DNA of 59,500 bases, from positions 1 through 59,500 of IMG/VR virus record IMGVR_UViG_3300010052_000132, one strand, 5' to 3'. The notes under the pieces are model-generated. The model was not told the DNA's origin. It saw nothing but the letters and a program-made list of their open reading frames with translations, and ran no database searches. Positions 55,903-59,500 of the stretch are shown here, one piece after another; within the stretch, counting starts at the first letter, position 1, and every line of letters starts with the position of its first letter. This DNA is from a virus. Taxonomy: Duplodnaviria > Caudoviricetes. Both the position numbers and the translations under genes were made by a program.

Positions 55903-56760
55903 TCATGCTGCCACCTCGAAAAGAGGGCCGTGCCCCCGCGCCTCTACCGCCGCTGGATTGATCCAGAGTACCTCTGTGCGAGGCGCAGCGCCGTCGGCCA
56001 GCGCAGCCATCTCGACGCGCTTCCAGCCGCGCAGTTCCTGGTCGTAGATCTCCGACGGATACCCGCAGAGGATGACCATACCGTTCAGCTCGCGCAGCGC
56101 TTCCAGAAGTTCCTGGTGCTGCTCGACCGTCATCTCGTGGCGGTAAGTCCCGCCGCCGTCGCGCCTGCGGTTTACGCGCGATCGCAGGTGAAGCATGTAA
56201 GGCGGGTCGACGAAGTGCAGCGTGCCGGCGCCGTCGTGACGCTTCATGAGGCTGATGGCGTCTTCACATTCGATGACGACGCCGCGCAGGCGCTCGATGA
56301 TGGCGGTCAATGCATCAGGATAGTTTCGCCAATCGGCTGCCGGCGTGGATCCCGATCGCATGGAGCTCGAGCGAAATCCGGTCCGGTATTCGCCGGTCGC
56401 TCCATCCGACCCGAACCCCATGAAGCTGCGCACGACGAGACGTCGGGCCCGTTCGATCTCGTCATCGGCTGGTTCATAGGCGGCGAGAAACTCGGCTCGT
56501 GAATAAGGGGTGAGCTCGAGCGCAGCGCGTAGGTGCTCTGCCTTCTCCGCATCGCGCAGGCACCGGAAAAGGTTCACGACCTCATTGTCGAGGTCTCCGT
56601 AGATCTCAGCATACGACCTGGGCTTCCGCAGCAGGACCGAGGCCGCGCCGCCGAAGCACTCGGTATAGACGCGATGCCGAGGGAAATAGGGGATGATCCG
56701 CGGCGCGAGGAGCCATTTGCCGCCGTGCCAGCGGAGAACCGGACGGGTCGGCGAGTTCAT
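55903..56760 (-). CDS. Dam-like (D12 class) DNA adenine methyltransferase
   Basis: LRWHGGKW, ECFGGAASV, VDPPY, RTEVLWIN. Confidence 0.93.
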   Translation of the reverse strand: MNSPTRPVLRWHGGKWLLAPRIIPYFPRHRVYTECFGGAASVLLRKPRSYAEIYGDLDNEVVNLFRCLRDAEKAEHLRAALELTPYSRAEFLAAYEPADDEIERARRLVVRSFMGFGSDGATGEYRTGFRSSSMRSGSTPAADWRNYPDALTAIIERLRGVVIECEDAISLMKRHDGAGTLHFVDPPYMLHLRSRVNRRRDGGGTYRHEMTVEQHQELLEALRELNGMVILCGYPSEIYDQELRGWKRVEMAALADGAAPRTEVLWINPAAVEARGHGPLFEVAA

Positions 56761-57593
56761 GCTGCCACCTCCCCGACCGGGTATGGCAGGCCGTCGCGAT
56801 GCCAGTCACGAACTGCCGCTTCGAACACGTCGATGCCAGCACCGAAGCCAAGATCGCGTAAAACATCATTCGTCAGCAGGTCGAGGGCTCGATGCGCGGG
56901 ATGCCCCGGCATGGTGGCGACGATTTCACGGCATCGGCGTGCAAAGCCGGCTGGGGTTCGTTCGCTCGGCCGGTCGCGCCACTTTGTCGCGAGATCGACA
57001 TGGTTGCGCGCCTGGTCGAGCATCGGCAGGGTATCCGCGAACTGCGTAACACTGGTCCCGTCGAAGGAGTCTGCCTCCTCGGCCGCGCACAGGAAGATCC
57101 GCCGCGCGCTGTTGACGCGGCCGATGTGAAGGTAGCAGCCGGCCTCCCGGGCCAGCGCGCCCCAGAGCGGAAGGGTCTGCTCTTTCCAATCATCGGTTCC
57201 GCCAACGAATATCCCCACGCGCGGACCGAGGAAGGGGGCGACCATCGCCGGCGTCATACCGTCCTGAACGACGATCAGCAGGATCGAAGGGTGGCCGCGC
57301 ATTTCCGGCAGCCACTGCAACGTAAGGTCTAGGCTTTCGAGGCCGCGGAAGGGGACATCGGGCAGCGCGAGCCAGAGCGCCCGATCTCCAAGCCAATCAA
57401 CGAAACGGAGGAAGCGATCGCGCTTGAATGGCAGAGGGTCTTCACGCTCAGACCATTGGCCATTGTCGGCGCCGATCAGCTCAAAGCCCTCGTCGCGCCA
57501 GACGCCGCTGGCCGATACAAGTATCCCCCAGCCGGCGGCGCGCGCGGCGTCGAGGTTTCGCCTTGTTCCGGTGCGAGAGAAGAACGGGGTCAC
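56757..57593 (-). CDS. DpdA/TGT-like base-exchange transglycosylase (putative)
   Basis: ADNG, LPDV, VQDG, FVGGT..WK, HIGRVNS.RR, DSFDGT motif series. Confidence 0.6.
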   Translation of the reverse strand: MTPFFSRTGTRRNLDAARAAGWGILVSASGVWRDEGFELIGADNGQWSEREDPLPFKRDRFLRFVDWLGDRALWLALPDVPFRGLESLDLTLQWLPEMRGHPSILLIVVQDGMTPAMVAPFLGPRVGIFVGGTDDWKEQTLPLWGALAREAGCYLHIGRVNSARRIFLCAAEEADSFDGTSVTQFADTLPMLDQARNHVDLATKWRDRPSERTPAGFARRCREIVATMPGHPAHRALDLLTNDVLRDLGFGAGIDVFEAAVRDWHRDGLPYPVGEVAA

Positions 57594-58090
57594 TCGCCTC
57601 CCTCCCGCCGCTTCTCGTGCGCGTTCACGTGCTCGATCAGGGGGCCGCCGAGTGTGTCGTCCTTTTCGTTATCGTACCAAGCGGGGCTGGCACGAAGGAG
57701 GCGCTGGTCGAGCCTCTCATCTTCCTGGCGCATGCGCTGGGCGCGCTCAGGTGTGTGGAGATGGCCATATCGCACGTTCGCCGCGTCGAACGGCCTCCCG
57801 ATCAGCCCTGCGATCAGTCCGGTGAGATGGTCGACCGTCTCGATGTGCCGGATGTGGATGAACCGATGATATCGGCCGGACGTGTCGGCCCGCAGCCAGC
57901 AGAACCACTGGCCATCGTTGCCCGGAGCGACCTCCACGCCGAGATCTTCGTAGCTCGTAAACATTCCGCCGTTGATTGCGTCGCCCAGCCACAAGAGCCA
58001 GTGCTTGTCCGGCTGGCGCTCGAACTGATGCCATTTGAAGCCGTTGGCCTTGAGCCACTCTTCGCTGAGCAAGGTGAAGGGAGCGTTCAT
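57590..58090 (-). CDS. Hypothetical protein
   Basis: Trp-rich coupled ORF inside the modification cluster. Confidence 0.7.
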   Translation of the reverse strand: MNAPFTLLSEEWLKANGFKWHQFERQPDKHWLLWLGDAINGGMFTSYEDLGVEVAPGNDGQWFCWLRADTSGRYHRFIHIRHIETVDHLTGLIAGLIGRPFDAANVRYGHLHTPERAQRMRQEDERLDQRLLRASPAWYDNEKDDTLGGPLIEHVNAHEKRREGGE

Positions 58091-58599
58091 GCTGCCACCT
58101 CAAGGAAGCTTGGCGCTGAGAACGCCAGCGGTGCCGGTGACGGCATGTCCTGAGGCGCAAGATGCAGCACCCACAGCCTGTCTTCCGGCTTCCTGGCAGG
58201 AATGCAGGCAATCGCTCGAAAACCGGCCTTCGTGAAGCACCGGCCCGGATCCCGTTTGCGCCTCACGCGGCTGGGGTTGACGAAGGTGATCATGCCAGCC
58301 GCTGGTGGCGCGCCATAATGGGCGAGCGTCGCCGCCACAGCGTCCCGGATCAAGGCAGAGGAGACCCCTGCCCCCTCGTTTCGAAACAGGGCGCACTCCC
58401 ATGCCCCCGGCCAGGCATGCTTTACGTAGCGCTGTCGGACGGTAACCCACAGCGCGCGGCCGGTGCGCGTCTCAGCGTAGAAGACCGCGCAGCTGCCCGC
58501 CTTGACGAACTGATCTGTCCCCGGCTTCTGGCGACTGTAATGCCGGTCGGCCAGTTCAAGCGCGCGCGGATCTCGGCGATGCGAGCGAGTCCAGATCAT
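58087..58599 (-). CDS. Mom-like GNAT-fold DNA modification protein (putative)
   Basis: ADRHYSRQ...FRNEG...SSALI...MITFV...PGRCFTKAGF. Confidence 0.55.
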   Translation of the reverse strand: MIWTRSHRRDPRALELADRHYSRQKPGTDQFVKAGSCAVFYAETRTGRALWVTVRQRYVKHAWPGAWECALFRNEGAGVSSALIRDAVAATLAHYGAPPAAGMITFVNPSRVRRKRDPGRCFTKAGFRAIACIPARKPEDRLWVLHLAPQDMPSPAPLAFSAPSFLEVAA

Positions 58600-59297
58600 G
58601 CTGCCACCGCCTCGGCTTCGGCCGGAGCGCAGTTGGCGGCGGCGAGCACCTGATCGCCCCACTGCTCCGCCATTGCATCCGCGATGCCGGGGAAGAAGCG
58701 AGAGCGCTCCTGAGCGCGGTTCGGCCCGGGCGGCATCCGATGCACCCGGTTCCATCGCTTCCACGCTGCCGTGCCGCGCTCGGGTACGTCGAGGCGCCTT
58801 GTCGGGGTCAGCGGGCGCAGCTTGCGCAGGTAGAGGCCCGTCGCTTTGAACTGCGGATCGCCGAATTGATGTGGCTGTACGATCTGGGCCGGCGGCTCAT
58901 AGCCCTTGATGAGCTTGCGGGCATGCTGGTGCATGATCGGGTTTTCCACGGCCACGTGCTCGATCGGCGCGTTCCAGCAATCGGAGAAAAGCGCGGCCCC
59001 TTCCTCAAGCTCCGCCCACATTTCATCGCGAGAGCGCCCGGGCGGCGGGACGTGCAGCCACCGGACACCGCTGTTGCAAAGGCGAGTGCATGGTGGATGC
59101 GCGACGATCAGCAGATCCCAGCCATCGCCGAGGATTTCGCGGATGTCGCACCGGATATGGCGGTTGCTGCCACGCTCGTCAGCCTCAAGGTCGCACGACC
59201 AAGCGTCGAAGCCACGACGCAGGAAAGCATCGCGCACGATGCCGGAACGCTCGCAGCCGATCAGCACCTGCGGAGGGCGGAACAGGTCGAGGTGCAT
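58596..59297 (-). CDS. Compact C5-cytosine DNA methyltransferase-like protein
   Basis: CERSG.VRDAF, SCDL, AHPPCT (catalytic PC), VENP, QFG...K.T.L. Confidence 0.75.
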   Translation of the reverse strand: MHLDLFRPPQVLIGCERSGIVRDAFLRRGFDAWSCDLEADERGSNRHIRCDIREILGDGWDLLIVAHPPCTRLCNSGVRWLHVPPPGRSRDEMWAELEEGAALFSDCWNAPIEHVAVENPIMHQHARKLIKGYEPPAQIVQPHQFGDPQFKATGLYLRKLRPLTPTRRLDVPERGTAAWKRWNRVHRMPPGPNRAQERSRFFPGIADAMAEQWGDQVLAAANCAPAEAEAVAA

Positions 59298-59500
59298 CAG
59301 CCGGCCGCTTGCCGCTCGAGCATCGCAATCCGGTCATCACCGGCGCCTTTGCCCAGCCCCTCCTGGTACACGGCGAGCAGCGCCGCCAGAAAGCCGCGCT
59401 GATATTCCGACGTGGCCCGGTCGATCATGAACCCGTGCAGGGCCTGCTCGATGTAGCGCGATGCCTTCTCTGCGTCGAAGGAGACGATCTCGCCGGTCAT
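59297..59500 (-). CDS. Hypothetical protein
   Basis: TGATG coupling; starts at the window edge. Confidence 0.6.
   Translation of the reverse strand: MTGEIVSFDAEKASRYIEQALHGFMIDRATSEYQRGFLAALLAVYQEGLGKGAGDDRIAMLERQAAG

Larger units (their letters stand above)
1..59500. mobile_element. Temperate siphovirus / prophage (lambda-like head module), ends not visible
   Basis: Continuous set of integrase, CI/Cro, replication, terminase, portal, capsid, tail and lysis genes; no host housekeeping genes. Confidence 0.97.

Overview
The whole window is one GC-rich temperate siphovirus or prophage with a lambda-type head module. The host is probably alphaproteobacterial (Sphingomonadaceae-like; inference only). 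The window is trimmed from the integrase stop codon to a gene start, so no att sites are visible. Order: integrase and leftward early/recombination operon (1-8.5 kb), immunity region with CI/Cro and operators (8.5-10 kb), and replication block with RuvC-like, MTase, DnaB, HNH and an iteron-bearing initiator (10-17 kb). Then terminase, portal, protease, capsid and tail genes with a -1 frameshift chaperone and a glycoside-hydrolase-like fibre (17-40.5 kb), followed by lysis and displaced virion genes (40.6-45.9 kb). Two leftward accessory blocks close the window. Main finding: four type II hammerhead ribozymes with loop I/3' pseudoknots sit on the sense (-) strand in four successive intergenic spaces of one operon (51.5-53.3 kb). 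Each begins within 0-3 nt of a stop codon and cleaves 54-57 nt before the next start codon. The operon begins beside a lambda-like cosQ/cosN site (~53.7 kb) far from the terminase genes. This suggests a self-processing, possibly first-injected early transcript that also encodes a truncated beta-clamp fusion and a DNA ligase. On the other side of cos is a DNA-modification cluster (C5-MTase-like, Mom-like GNAT, DpdA/TGT-like, Dam-like). All family calls come from motif recognition by eye; no database searches were run.
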